Numbered from the stretch's first letter, positions 14,362-28,032 are shown. The stretch is DNA of 64,000 nucleotides from Octopus vulgaris (GCA_951406725.2 OX597819.1:120156001-120220000), one strand, 5' to 3'. Made by a program: numbers and translations. Notes: generated by a model from the letters alone, not told the origin.

Positions 14362-14570
14362 ATTCTTTTAGTTGTTTCAGCCAATTGACTGCGGCCAAGC
14401 TGGAGCACTACCATTAGTCGAACGAATCCACCCAAGACTTGTTCTTTTTAAGCAAGTCACTTTTGCCGAACCGCTAAGTTACGGAGGGCGCAAAGAAACC
14501 AATATCGGTTGCCAAGCGATGGTGGAGGGACAAACAAGTATGCGTATGTGTACATGTGTACACACACACA
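14362..14570 (-). mobile_element. SINE type A 3' half
   Basis: gtttcagc..ttgactgcggcca.gctggagcac and gccgaaccgctaagttacgg. Confidence 0.8.
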
Positions 14571-14644
<74 letters not shown>

Positions 14645-14708
14645 ATTTTTTGCGTAATGAGATAAACAACGAAGGCTGTGTAGATATTAGAACATTTATA
14701 GATAGAAG

Positions 14709-14760
14709 GTCTTACAGCTGTTTCCAGGATATTTATTAATTATATCCCTTCATCGGAGAC
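14709..14760 (-). ncRNA. Type I hammerhead-like motif (U4C, extra A) in a (TA)n-flanked insert (14643-15038)
   Basis: RC: gtct-CCGATGA-a-gggatat..atatcctg-GAAA-cagctg-TA-agac; helix I gtct/agac, palindromic helix III acagctgt. Confidence 0.6.
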
Positions 14761-15037
14761 GGTGTACGAGGATGGTTAAGTCATAGTTAGTTTAGATAAG
14801 ATATAAAACAGAGAGTGAGGTAGAGAAAAAAAAGAGATACAAGATATGTAGGGATATTGAAGTTGCAGATCCATTTTTAGGCAAAATGGTATATATGTAG
14901 GATTCCAATATCTTATGAGTAAAATCCAAGAGAGTTTAAAATGGGTCCTTCCAAATATAGAGTTTATACACAATGTAAGTTTCCAATAGCTTATGAGTGA
15001 GACCTAGCAGTTTTTAAACTTGGTCATTCCAAGTACA

Positions 15038-15115
<78 letters not shown>

Positions 15116-15558
15116 TTAACATTTACTATAAATATCCCTACTCTTTCTATAGGCTACTTCTGACGTTATATCATATAACGTTTTTTCAAACAATATTAAT
15201 AGCGTTCAGTAAATCACTATACATATCCATCATTTTTTGCTAAAATGTCTTATTGACAACTTTCGTTTTTTTCTCTTCATTGAAGAGAATATTGCATTCT
15301 TTTATACCATTTATTCCTTAGGAATAATATCAGGGAAATCTTCGAAACATGTGTCGAAAGTAAAAGTATTTGATTTATACCTGCGTTAAACTCCATTTAT
15401 TTATTCATATATTATACAAAAAATTCCACGTAAACACGAAGTTTCTACCTTTAAATACAAGGAGTTATAACCTCTTGTGTGATTTTGGGTATCCTGGTAA
15501 CTATTTATTTATTTCTTCCGTGTTAATTGTTAACAAGGCAAAAATACACTCATCTATA

Positions 15559-15642
<84 letters not shown>

Positions 15643-15793
15643 GGGTTAAGCAACAAGTTACTTAGCCACATACCAAAAATTTAGAAATGGCAGTCAAAGA
15701 CCGCTTATTCCTATTTACTACAAATTTATCTCCACATATAGCATTTACATGCAAAAAGAAGGAAAAATAACGCAAAGAAACAGTCTTCGGTCA

Positions 15794-15852
15794 GTTGTAG
15801 ACGCGTTTCTGGGTTAGAATTATAAAGAACTCATTCCCGTCATCAGCACAAC
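15794..15852 (-). ncRNA. Type I minimal hammerhead ribozyme motif
   Basis: RC: gttgtg-CTGATGA-cggg..ccca-GAAA-cgcg-TC-tacaac; 6-bp helix I, GUC site; the first helix II pair is a C-A mismatch. Confidence 0.7.
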
Positions 15853-15959
15853 AATCCAATAAATTATAGATTTGTAAATGCTATTAACCTACCTCTTGCA
15901 TCCCGATCTCGCGCCATCGGAGGTAGCAGAAGATAGTCAGTATAAACCAAATCCATATA

Positions 15960-16470
15960 GACGAATGAAGTCGTATTTTCCCTCCAAGATTACCATGTGT
16001 GTTACAAAACAGTCCCGCAGAAAGATAACTGTGGTTTGTTATATCTATAATTGCAAACAGTTGCTCTCTTTGAGCTGATCTCAATGACACCGATCACAAT
16101 AGGTACCACACACACATTTGAATCTCTGTAAAGTCTTGTCTCTTCCAATACTAAGCATTAGTAATTTATGGCTGTCTCATCCTTTGTCTTCACAATATTC
16201 TGCTTTGCAAGTACAGTTATTACGATGAAGGTCCATTCTTTGGACTCCTTCCATAGAAAAGTGACATCTGGTCGTTTGTGTACAGCTATTTTCCTGAGTA
16301 TATAGGCATATTCCATTTGAGATCCACCTGATCTTTCTCTGCTGCTGGGATAGCTTGGTGCCCATACTAATTGTTCCGGTGTATTAACAATACCATTTTC
16401 TGATAACGTTTCTTTTTTATCCCTTGTAGGCCAGCTTTGAGCATCGAATAATTATATGTCTTATCATCTC
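15960..16470 (-). mobile_element. R4/Dong-like LINE remnant, restriction-like endonuclease region
   Basis: KRPDVTFLWKESKEWTFIVITVLAKQNI..VCVVPIVIGVI matches the RPD..D..VPIVIGALG pattern. Confidence 0.75.
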
Positions 16471-16540
16471 AAATGAATTTCCATATAGATTGCTCAAAGG
16501 CGATGCTGCTGTCTTGTACAGTCTACGCTTGATTAATAAA

Positions 16541-16597
16541 GATGATGAAAACGAAGATGATGACGACGACGACGACGACTACGACGACGACGATGAC

Positions 16598-16630
<33 letters not shown>

Positions 16631-16634
16631 GATG

Positions 16635-16666
<32 letters not shown>

Positions 16667-16691
16667 CATGATGATGATGATGATGATGATA
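16541..16691. repeat. (GAT/GAC)n trinucleotide repeat
   Basis: Direct inspection. Confidence 0.95.
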
Positions 16692-16849
16692 AGTTCTGTC
16701 GATTTCGACACAGTGCTTGAACGAAACTATGTGAAAATAGAAGATTAAAAGAAATAAAGCTGGCTCTATTCGCAATGGATGCATGAATAGAGTATGAATT
16801 TTGTAATGAAGGCATAATGGGGCTAATGATGATATTGGTTTTGCTTGAG

Positions 16850-17205
16850 ACTGGACAAAGGATGTCTGCTGATTACATGCATGGCAGTTAACATGATATT
16901 TGCCCTTAGGCAGGTTCAAGGAAAAGCACGTGAGCAGAATAGAGATTTGTACATGGGATATGTGAAAATGAATTGTAAAGCGCGCTGGAAAAGTTTGTCA
17001 AATGCTGGTCTTACTCATAAAATGAAAAAGTAATCGCTACTTTGTACGAAGGAATGATGATCAAAAGTTATATCTAAAGGCCAATGCTCAGCGGTATTTT
17101 CTGTTTCCAGGGGAACTATGCAGAGCAGTGTATTAGCTCCCGTACTTTACGCTATATTCTTTTCAATGATGACTTAACATTTTTCTTAATGATTGCTATG
17201 AAGGT
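16850..17205 (+). mobile_element. RTE-clade LINE reverse transcriptase fragment
   Basis: NMIFALRQVQGKAREQNRDLYMGYV and GTMQSSVLAPVLYAIFFSMM, compared with RTE DMIFxLRQLQEKCREQ and GVKQGCVLAPTLF. Confidence 0.85.
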
Positions 17206-17214
17206 GTGACATTT

Positions 17215-18078
17215 CAGATGTTTTGGGTTTTTTTCATATTGGGTGATATTGAACCCAAAACTCTGATGATAATAAGGATAACTTTTAGTTTCGACACTCG
17301 CAACTGCCACATCTTAGCGATCTCAATTCTCAGGTCTCCATATTTATCAATTTTATTCTATTTCTTTCATGATGATATGTTGATCTCCTGACATTGCTAC
17401 TTCGATTATTAGGCACACTTGTTTGTCCCTCCTAAAGGTTACTATATCCTGCCTTCGGTGCTCTAACACTGTCTGTCTGGAAATCAAAGTCCCAGAGAAA
17501 TTTTGTTTCCCCCCTTTCGTCCATTGCCTTTTTCGGTGTATGTTGATACCAAGCATCAGTAACCTCACATCTATACTTACGGCATAGTGGCCAGTGGAGT
17601 TTTGGGCTACTTTGTCTTGTCTACGCTTGTACTCTTTCTGCGCAAGTCTTTCACAAACACTAACAATGTTAGTCACACTTTCGACCCTCTTCCCACACAT
17701 TCTGCAGACGTCCGACGCACTAGTGTGGTATATATTCTTTTTCACTGAATTAGTATTCAATGCCTGGTCCTGGGCCGCGATGATTAGGCTTTCAGTATTC
17801 TTTTTAGGTCACTCTTCTGGAGCCACCTCCATGATGCTCCCTGCACTTCTAATTTATTGATTTCCCGGTGGAACTCACCATGTAATTCTATACAGAGTAA
17901 GGTTTCTTTTCTCTCCTTGGCTGTTCTTGTTCGGAATTTATGAGCACTCGCAAGTCCATTTTTGTTAATTTCTTCTGCACTAGCAGCATACTGTAGCAGG
18001 TTTTACCAAATAATCTACCATGTTTCTTCTCTCACCGCACTCCCATACGTTAATATGCCCCGTTCACCCTTATCTCTC
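17215..18078 (-). mobile_element. R4/Dong-like LINE 3' part (zinc knuckle plus restriction-like endonuclease)
   Basis: IAAQDQALNTN, CRMCGKRVESVTNIVSVCERLAQKEYKRRQDKVA and LEHRRQDIV..CLIIEVAMSGD..KEIE, with frameshifts. Confidence 0.9.
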
Positions 18079-18094
18079 TTCATGTAGAGCCTGT

Positions 18095-18308
18095 ATACAT
18101 TTGTCTGGGTTTGTCCTCCCACCATCGCTTGACTACCGATGTTGCTATGTTACATTTCCGGAACTTAGCCGTTCGGCAAAACAAAACCAATAGAATAAGC
18201 ATCAGGCTTACAAGAAATATGTGTTTGATTAAAGGCGGTGCTTCAGCATGGTCGCAGTCAAATAACTGAATCAAATAAAAGAGTAAAAGAATACAAGAAT
18301 AAAAGAAT
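18095..18308 (+). mobile_element. SINE type A 3' half
   Basis: aacttagccgttcggcaaa..ttaaaggcggtgcttcagcatgg..aaaagagtaaaag. Confidence 0.8.
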
Positions 18309-18337
18309 ATATATATATATGTACGTATGTGTTTGTA

Positions 18338-18405
<68 letters not shown>

Positions 18406-19293
18406 CATAGGCGTGTATGAATGTATGCATTGATATATGTAGGTAGGCCCCTGCGTAGTTATTCACCACTCATATTCTCTCTGATAAACAGAATCCATAA
18501 AAATAACATATGTTGCTTCGCTTTGTGCTCTTCTTTTTGTTCCCTTTTTACATCGAAGATACATTTCTTGATTTTCAACATTATTGATTTATAGTAAGTT
18601 CAGAGAAGAAAATTAACATAAAACATTCTGTATTTTGCTTCCATTTTCCCAAAGACAGATACATTCTTCACTTCATCGCTTTTAACATCACTCTTTTGAC
18701 AGGTGAATTCATTCCGTATTATCAACCAAATCGGATTACTATAAGGCGACAGTGTTGTCATTACATCAAACTTGGAATCTTCCACGATGCTGCTTTCCCC
18801 ATTCTATTCCCCAACTCTTCAGACTCTCTATAAGTAGACAGCTAGAAGAAAATAATTCATATAGCCTACAATGCGTACTGCGTGTATAGTTACATGCAAT
18901 TATGTGTTCGTGTGTGTATGGACGAATGTGACTCTATTTTTGCATATACATATGGTTATATACGTGTCAGTGTATGTATGTGTATATATATATATATATT
19001 CATATATATGTGTGTGTGCTTGTGTGCGTGTATGTATATATATATATATATATATGTATGTATATTCATAATATATATATATACATATATATTCATAAAT
19101 ATATATACATAGATATATACATATATATACATATATATATATGTGTGTGTGTGTGTGTGTATGTATATACGTACATACTGATATATATGTGTGTATGTGT
19201 GTGTGGATGGATGCATGGACAGATGGATAAGTGACTATTTTAGGAATGCGTGCATTGTTTCCATATTAGAGTCCTTTCTAATACTTAAGCGCA

Positions 19294-19366
<73 letters not shown>

Positions 19367-19934
19367 AATTACGTATAGTACTCGGTCCCTTAGAACGTCC
19401 AGTTTTATACAATTTTTCTAGTTCTCTTTTCGTACATAAATTTACATACCATCAAACAGTTTGTTTTGTGATGTAAATTCACATTAGTAAACACGTAATG
19501 CCGTCAACTTCGTTCAGTAGTTAACGTTGTTGAAAGCGTAACACTCGAAATAGCTTTCTTTTATTTAAATTCCGATTATATCTTCGATACGGTGGCGTAG
19601 TTAATATAGAAACTTTTCATACAAAAAAACATATCGTGACAAGCGGAATAATATCATAGATCTTTGTGTATTTGTAAATGCACTTATATATCTATGTATG
19701 CGTGTATATATGTAATATTATATCTGCAAGGTATATGTGCCTGTGTGCTTACAATTTTGTCTGTGTAAGGAAATAACCAACAGCATCAACATCGACGAGA
19801 TTAAAGCATGTGTGACTTTATTGTTGCGTAATGATGCACTCATATAAATATAGACACGTTTATACATATGCATGTGGTACCATCAATTTTCTACGTCAGT
19901 AAATGTATACATATATACCAATTTGGTAATAAAA

Positions 19935-20626
19935 TGCAGACGGCTAGCTGGATGGATCACCCGAACTTTCAAAACAAGAGTAAAGGAGACATCGATGATC
20001 TTTGGCGGACATACGTTCTCAGCCGCTTAGACTATTGTTCCCAGCTATGGTCACCAAACAATAAAAAATCCACAGCGTAACTCGAAGCAATCCAACGAAG
20101 CTACACTATTAAAATCGTCTCGATGCAAGATGTCAGCTACTGGGAAAGACTGAAAGAATTAAAACTCTTCTCCCTTGAATGAAAGCGAGAGAGATATGCA
20201 GTGACACACATCAGAAAAATCCTAGAAGCTCTTGTACCAAACATTGGCATTGAAAGTTATTCAAACTGCAGAACGGGGTTTCACTGCATAGTACCAACGA
20301 TCCCAGCATCGCCATCAAAATACAGGATCAAATACTGCAACAACTTGGGCTTCAAGGGCCCACAGCTCTTTAATAGCCTTCCAAAATGCCGGAGTGACCC
20401 GCATGGTGTGGATGTAAGTGTCTTTAAGACAAATCTGGATCTCTTCCTGTTACAGGTTCCAGACGAGCCTACCTCACGGCGGGAAACACAGATGAGGGCA
20501 GCAGCATTAAAGTCCCGTATTTACCAAATGCCACATACTAGAGGAGGTTCCAAATAATGGTATAGCTCAGTCAATGGTGCTGCTCCAGTATGATCACAGC
20601 TTTGCAACTGAAACATTCAAACGAAA
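19935..20626 (+). mobile_element. CR1-group LINE 3' fragment with 3' UTR
   Basis: YVLSRLDYCSQLWSP, SYWERLKELKLFSLE, GPQLFNSLPK and FKTNLDLFLLQVPDEP; two in-frame stops. Confidence 0.9.
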
Positions 20627-20803
20627 ATATATATATACACATATATATATACATATATATTCATATATATATATACATTTGTAATTCTGATCTGACCTAA
20701 CATGGTCCATCAATATAAGTAACTAATTCAACTGATTCGTATGTATGTATGAATGCATGTATGTATGTATGTATGTATGCATGTATGTATGTATGTATGT
20801 ATG

Positions 20804-20847
<44 letters not shown>

Positions 20848-21614
20848 TGTCTGTCTGTCTGTATGTATGTATGTATGTATGTATGTATACATACATATGT
20901 ATATATATGTGTGTGTTGTGTTTATGTATGTACGTAGGCATGCATACATACATGTTTACATGCACATATATACATATATTTGTATATATATACACGCATA
21001 CATATAATTTACTTTATATGCATGTTTATTTCCATGCTTACAAATGCAGATAAAACGTAAAATTTTACCAAAACCAGAAATTCAATAACACTGTGTTTAT
21101 TTCTTCTTTTTGGTCATAAATTTATTCTACGTTTTACTGGTTTAAAGACAACGAAAGTGTACTACCATGTTATTGTTTCTCTCTACCTATACTCTGGCGT
21201 TCAGAAGTGTCTTCCTAAGAAATTTATATTCAATAAAAACACTGCTAAGTTTCCTCTCTTATTCACACATACTCCCACCCTCACACACCTTCCCTTACTA
21301 TATATATATATATATATATGAGTGTGAGTGTGTGTGTACTTATGTTTATATATGGGTGTATGTGTGTGTGTGTGCTCCATTATATGTTGTATTGCGTGCC
21401 GTGTATTATCCACACGGTACACAACGCAAGTTCGTTCTATCACGGCACAATACGAAACTTAAACCAGCTAAGATTTAAATATTGTGTTCATATATACACA
21501 CACATACAATAAGGATAGCAATCCCGTTAATGATAATTATCGGGTAGTCAGCATGGAAAAAAGGAATTTATAACAGTTTATATATTAAATTAACAATTAT
21601 AATATATATATTCA

Positions 21615-23278
21615 TCTCTTATTATAAAAGGCAGATTTTATCTGCCTCCCTTTGTAACTTATAGAAATCTACAATATAGGATTTCTTCAATTACAATTTA
21701 CCTAGCATTTTTAAAAGTAGAATGCATCGGGTCATGCCAGGTCCAGTTTTTAAAATTTAAACTCCAATTAAGCAAAATTTACAGAAAACTCACATTCTGG
21801 TGTGTATGTCAAATGCTTTTCTTAATGTGGTTTACACCACACGCACACGCACACACACAGTGTGCAACGAATAAAATGAAAGTAAATAGCGACAGAGTGA
21901 TTTGAGGAAGACTAAACTGAAAGTATTTAAACCACTACTCAAAAAATAAAAAAACACAGCAAACAGAAACAAATAAATACATAACGATTTACTCCTCACA
22001 CAATTTCTTCAATTAGAGTTTACCTAAGATTTTTCAAAGTACTCCATTCGGTCATGCCATAATATATTTCTTTCAATTTCACCCCCAATTAAGACAAAAT
22101 TCGAGAAAACTCAATATTTTAACATTTCACTCCGAAAGCATTGATGTACATGTGTGCGTGCGTGAGTGTGTGTGTGTGTGTGTGTGTGTGTTTGATGGGT
22201 TGTGCGACACAGAAAGTGTGGTGTGTAAGTGAAGTGCTTTTGTTAGTGTGTGTAAAGAGACAGACAGAGTGAAAGACAGAAATAACTGAACTTTTTTTAT
22301 TCACTTTTTGTAGTGAGTGACTGAGAGAGAAAAGAGAGAGAGAGGTTATGTATGTATATATGTATGTATGGCTTCAGTGACACACACACACAAAAACACA
22401 TACCTACGTACACCTAAAGCACGCACGCACACACACAAGCGGAGCGCGAACTTCAAAATTTTGGTAGTATTAATTTGCGAGCGTACTTCTAAGCGCGCGT
22501 AATTGAAAGTTTTCACTATGATATCATCACGTGCGAAAAAATTCGAAGGGTTTTGAACAATTGAGATACAGATGTCTCGCCTGTATTGAAACTATTGCTA
22601 AGCTGCTGTAATTGCTTAATTAAGACTTTGTTTAAATTGAAAGGGGCAAATATGTGACGAGGTTGAAAAAAAATACCCCAGAAAAAAAAATGTACTGCTG
22701 GTATTTATATAATTCACTACTATTTTGCTACAATGTCATGAAAAAGAAAAAATGTAGGTATGTAAATCGAATTCGCCACCCCCTTTTCCCCGTTCGCGTT
22801 TGTGTAAAAAAAATTATTATTTAAGTTTTAAAATTATTTACTTTGTTCAAAAAATATTAATATTAATTAATCTTCAAGAATTATTTAATTTTATTCTGTA
22901 AAATAGTAATTAATTCATTTATCTGTAAATCCGCGAGGTTGTTACTCAGGCACCTAGAATGGTAACCTTCAACTAACACTATCTCCTCCGAGACCCTGCG
23001 GCGCAAGTTGACCAAAATTGAGTGTATGGTAGAAGAAGGGTTGCTCTTCCTTCCGTAGAACATAAAATTCAAATCGGACCATGTTAACACCAAAAATTAT
23101 TTACATCAAAAAGATGCTTTTTTCTATGAAAATCCCTATTTTTTACGATTTTTTCACTGCTGTGTCGCCATTTTTCGGTGTATTTCGACCAGAAAAATGT
23201 TCACAAAATTTTTACTTTTCAAAATTACAATTCCAGCGGGTCGAAACAAACCCGGGCAACGCCGGGTGATACTGCTAG
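21615..23278 (+). mobile_element. Non-autonomous Helitron
   Basis: Starts TC(TCTTATTATAAAA) after A; ends with GC hairpin CCCGG-GCAACG-CCGGG, short spacer and CTAG before T; internal ~110-bp repeat (21682-21791 and 22003-22112). Confidence 0.8.
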
Positions 23279-23282
23279 TATG

Positions 23283-23549
23283 TATATAAAATATTAGAAA
23301 AAAACACCTTTTATTAATTCAAAATGAATAATTAAATTACACCATCTAGAAAACTACATATAATAGAAAAGTTAAAATTAAAATAACAATTAAAAAGTAA
23401 AGATTAAGTAAATTACAAGAATAATGTAATGTATAAAATAGGTATTTACCTATTTTATACAGTACATTATATGTAATTTTCTAGATAGTGTAATTTAATT
23501 ATTCATTTTGAATTGATAAAAGGTGTTTTTTTTCTAATATTTTATATAT
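23283..23549. repeat. AT-rich long inverted repeat with a ~60-bp asymmetric insert in the left arm
   Basis: aaaatattagaaaaaaacacctttt.. is mirrored by ..aaaaggtgtttttttctaatatttt; centre gtataaaataggta-t-t-tacctattttatac. Confidence 0.85.
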
Positions 23550-23640
23550 ATTATATTGTGTGGAATTTAATTTAGTATTTCTAAATTAAATTCTTTTTCC
23601 TTGTAAGTTTGGATTTTATTCCCTCAAATAATAATTATAT

Positions 23641-23709
<69 letters not shown>

Positions 23710-23802
23710 TTAATTTAGCATATATACATACATAAAAACATACATGCATACATATATATGCACATATGCATATACGTATATATATATATATATATTTATA
23801 TG

Positions 23803-23847
<45 letters not shown>

Positions 23848-23888
23848 GCAGATTGAAACATAGATAGACGAACAGACACACAGGAAAG

Positions 23889-23959
<71 letters not shown>

Positions 23960-24865
23960 CATTTGTATATGTATGTATGTAAACGTTTTTATGTAAAGTT
24001 ATATTCATGTCTAACAAGGCTTGAAAATTTGGGGAAGGGGCAAGATTTTTCATCGAATCCGGAATTTGAACTTACAACGTAAAGACTGGCAAAATTACTC
24101 AAAATATTATATCTGTCGTACTGACGAGTCTGTGAACTCGCAGCTTTAATCCTAAGTTATAAATTTTACCCTATACCTTTTGCAGAATATATATTCATTA
24201 TTCGCTAGCAAGAATAATATCGATAATGACTTCGAAATTTCCGCCTTCTTAATCATCAACGGGCCAAGGGTCATCTTGACTTTTAAGTCACTGTTAAGTG
24301 AGGAATTTCTGGAGAAGGTGTAGCTTCTTTCAATTATAATTATGTTGTAGAACAGACTGTGATTTATAGGTTTAACAGAAAATTGTTATTGATTGAATTT
24401 AGGTTCGTGTTATCATTCAGAAATTATTCTTTGTAATTAGGTGTGTCTAATTAATTCTGTCAGCTTCACATTATGTGATTCATTCTGCGTGTTTCTCAAT
24501 AAAACGTAGCTTGACGGAAGGGTTTATATCGTCAGCAAACGTGTCATTAGATTTAGCTTTTGTTGGTTTTATTTAGATACAAATATGAGTTTTAATCTTT
24601 TATTTTGGGAATGTGGAGGTTAAAATTCAGATTTCAGCCCAGTATTTCAACCGTTGTAATCAAATGCGTATTTATTTGAGTAAGACTTCAGGTCATGAAG
24701 TACTTCAGGATTAACCAAAGAATGTAAGTAGATAGCTTAAATATTCATCAAATTTCTTTACTAGCTGATGTTATTACGGAGATTTCAGCTGTTTCTTTCG
24801 GGGAGGTTGAGGTTATCAGTAAAGCATGTCATGGTGTTGTTAGTACAGAAATGTATCTATCTATA

Positions 24866-25293
24866 GGCGCAGGAGTGGCTGTGTGGTAAGTAGCCTGTCT
24901 ACCAACCACATGGTTCCGGGTTCAGTCCCACTGTGTGGCACCTTGGGCAAGTGTCTTCTACTATAGCCTCGGGCCGACCAATGCCTTGTGAGTGGATTTG
25001 GTAGACGGAAACTGAAAGAAGCCCGTCGTATATATGTATATATATATATATATATGTATGCGTGTGTGTGTTTGTGTGTCTGTGTTTGTCCCCATAGCAT
25101 TGCTTGACAACAGATGCTGGTGTGTTTGTGTCCCCGTCACTTAGCGGTTCGGCAAAAGAGACCGATAGAATAAGTACTGGGCTTACAATAGAATAAGTTC
25201 CGGGGTCGAGTTGCTCGATTAAAGGCGGTGCTCCAGCATGGCCGCAGTCAAATGACTGAAACAAGTAAAAGAGTAAAGAGAAAGAGTAAAGAG
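24866..25293 (+). mobile_element. SINE type A, near full length
   Basis: GGCGCAGGAGTGGCTGTGTGG head, GGTTCAGTCCC, CORE-like CACCTTGGGCAAGTGTCTT, (A)nGAG(T) tail repeats. Confidence 0.92.
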
Positions 25294-25726
25294 TATCTGC
25301 TGCTTTAATGTTCACAGACGTAAGTAAGAATGAAGGTTGGTTGGTTGGCTTGTCAGCGGTTTTCTATCAAGGAGTTAATTCTTCAAGATATTATTAGGTT
25401 ACTATTTTAAAAGGTACTATTTCAAAAGGAGTCAATTTTGTAGGGTATGTGTGTTATATATTTCTGCAGCTCAGTTTTGGGTGTAGATATTTTACAATAT
25501 TCTTTTCTCTTCTAGACACAAGTCCGAAATTTTTGGGCGGGGCCAGTCGATTAGATCGAACCCAGTACGCTTCTGGTGCTTAATTTATCGAACCCAGATA
25601 ATTTATAATATATTATTCTGACTCATGAACATATGCAAAAGGGTGGCATTATATATAATATGTGTACATCTAATTATGAAAACAATATAATTAAAATTAG
25701 TCAAACCAAGTGTTTGTATGTGTCTC

Positions 25727-25760
<34 letters not shown>

Positions 25761-25899
25761 TGTGTTTGTGTGTGTGTGCGTATGTGTGCGCTAGTGTTGT
25801 TGCATTGAAAAATTTGGGGGAAAATTTTAGATAATTTCCACAGTACCTGCTAATGTAAACTTGTAATGGTAATATTTATATATATTATTGGGTGTAGTT

Positions 25900-27330
25900 A
25901 GTTTGTGGTGAAGATCAGGGGAGAAAAGGTGGTGAGATATTTTCGTGTTTAGTATCAGCAAAATTCTCTTCCATTCAAATGTTTTCGTCTTTTGAAGATT
26001 TGCGTAAGCAAGAACAGACTAATTCACAATATATAAGAGACTAATTCAGAATTTGATTCCTGGAAATGAGAATGGGATAAGATAAATTTGTTTCTCTTTT
26101 GCTATGGTTTTAAGACAGACAGTACTTTCCAATTATCGCTAAGCAGAACATTGTTTATTTTCATGTCCATTGACGTTCGGATAGTGGAGTATCACTTCAT
26201 CCAATTTCGGTTTTGAAAAGTTTGTCTGTGTTGTTTGTAACGTGTCTTGAATTGGTTTGCTGTAAACTATATATATGCAGGTCCTGTAGTTGGGGTAGTG
26301 TTCAATATTGCAATTGTGCTATAGACGATATTGCTTTTGAGAAAATGATTTTGAGAGGGTTGGATGAAATGTTTCCGAAGAGTCAATTATTACTGTTATG
26401 TGTAGTTTAAGTTCTCACAGATTTTGGTGGTTTTAACTGGATGCATTTTATTCCAAGTTCTTAGTTGGGGAATATGATAATTTTATGTTATATTTGTTCA
26501 TTTCCTCGTGATAAGTATGCTTTGAGGTGGTAGTGTTTTAGAGTTTCATGAAAACAAATTTTAATATTGTTATGGAGACTTGTATATCAAAGAGGAATTA
26601 AACCATATAATTTCCCCTCTTTCTATTCTTAAAGTTTTATATTCATTGTGAATGTATTATAGTCCATATACTGTACTTTTTCGTTTTATGGATTTTGCTA
26701 TATGGATTCATTAGAAGATAAAAAATGGAAGCCTTACAGATATGTTCTTTACTCGGGTTTATAATTATGCTTTTGCGATTGTCTATGTATATACTGTACT
26801 GGGTACTGGAAATTTTCGTTATCTTGCGTTATTTTTCTTTGTAAGAGTCTCAGACGTAGGAAGCATCAAGAAATTTGATTTTACGTGTGTTTTAAATGTG
26901 ATGGGAAAGCATTAGTTGTAATGTAGTTTTTTCTTAAATTTATCGGGTTCATGGGTTGTAGTTTCTTAGTTGAAGTAGACACTCATTCCTGTAGAGACTG
27001 CCTGAGATGAATGGAGACTTACTGTGTAAATTTGCTAATATTTAAATGCTGACGATTTCGCTTACCTCTACTGAGTCCTTTGATCCCATTTCCGTATTTG
27101 TAATATTGTCTTTATTTTAATAACCTCTATTGTGGTTATTGTGTTTGTCAACCTCAAAGCAGCCATGAGAATAGGTTTCGTTATTGACGCGTAATAATCT
27201 TTGACGTCAAACAGGAAGGAATGGTATGCATCTTTGTTAAACCAAACTATTACTTCACTTGTGTTAAGTCTTAGGGATGAAGTCAAATTTACTTTTAATT
27301 TTGGCCAGAATTTATCTACGATTTTTTTTT
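25900..27330 (-). mobile_element. Decayed Penelope-like element (RT plus GIY-YIG)
   Basis: NTSEVIVWF..FLFDVKDYYASITKPIL (PLE RT) and NIVYS..FKTRYKQHRQTFQNR (GIY-YIG region). Confidence 0.75.
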
Positions 27331-27991
27331 TTTTTTGATAATTTATTTGGAATATGGTAGATATTTTGGTTTCGGCGCAAGAGTTTATATAATTTATGTG
27401 TTCGAGATTGTGTTAAAGAAAAAAAACAGCTATAAGCAGATTCTTTTACATACCAGAGTTTCATTTGTCTTGCCCGATTATACAATCACATTTGGGCTTG
27501 TTCTATGTTATCAAATTTTCTGCTTCCACTCTTTCTGTCCGATGAGGGCTTAACTCACCGAAACTTCAAAGTCCCTGTCAATACACTTCTTGTTAAGAAA
27601 TAGTTAAAACAAAAACTTACAGTGTGTTTTCAGATGTTCCTCTGCTTGTATTGCCTGATGAACATTATCATACAGGGGCTTTCTTCTGCCACTAGAAATT
27701 CATGTGGAAATCTGTTAATATCCGGGCAAAAACAGCTGGAAATGATGCGCTGAAACAATTCTAGCGATATGTAGCAAAACATGTATATATGTGCGTATAT
27801 GTGCGCGCGCATGTGTGTGAGTGTATCTGTGTGTGTATATGCATGTATTTATGTGTGCATATATGTATGCATATATGTATATATACATGTATATATGTGT
27901 GTATACATATATATGTACATATATATATGCACACACTTACATACATATATAGACACACACACGCACATATCTAACTATATACACACATATA

Positions 27992-28032
<41 letters not shown>

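Noticed and set aside
15275-15358. TTGAAGA..GAAACATGTGTC hammerhead-like relic
   Set aside because: U3-G8 is uncompensated and helix I does not pair; at most a dead relic.
24866-24940. tRNA-like sequences at SINE heads (also 12817, 30986, 44058)
   Set aside because: A/B boxes are present but there is no complete cloverleaf, and each continues into a SINE body.
24150-25450. Minus-strand FADDI motif suggesting an RT remnant
   Set aside because: A single short motif without other alignable RT blocks; too weak to annotate.
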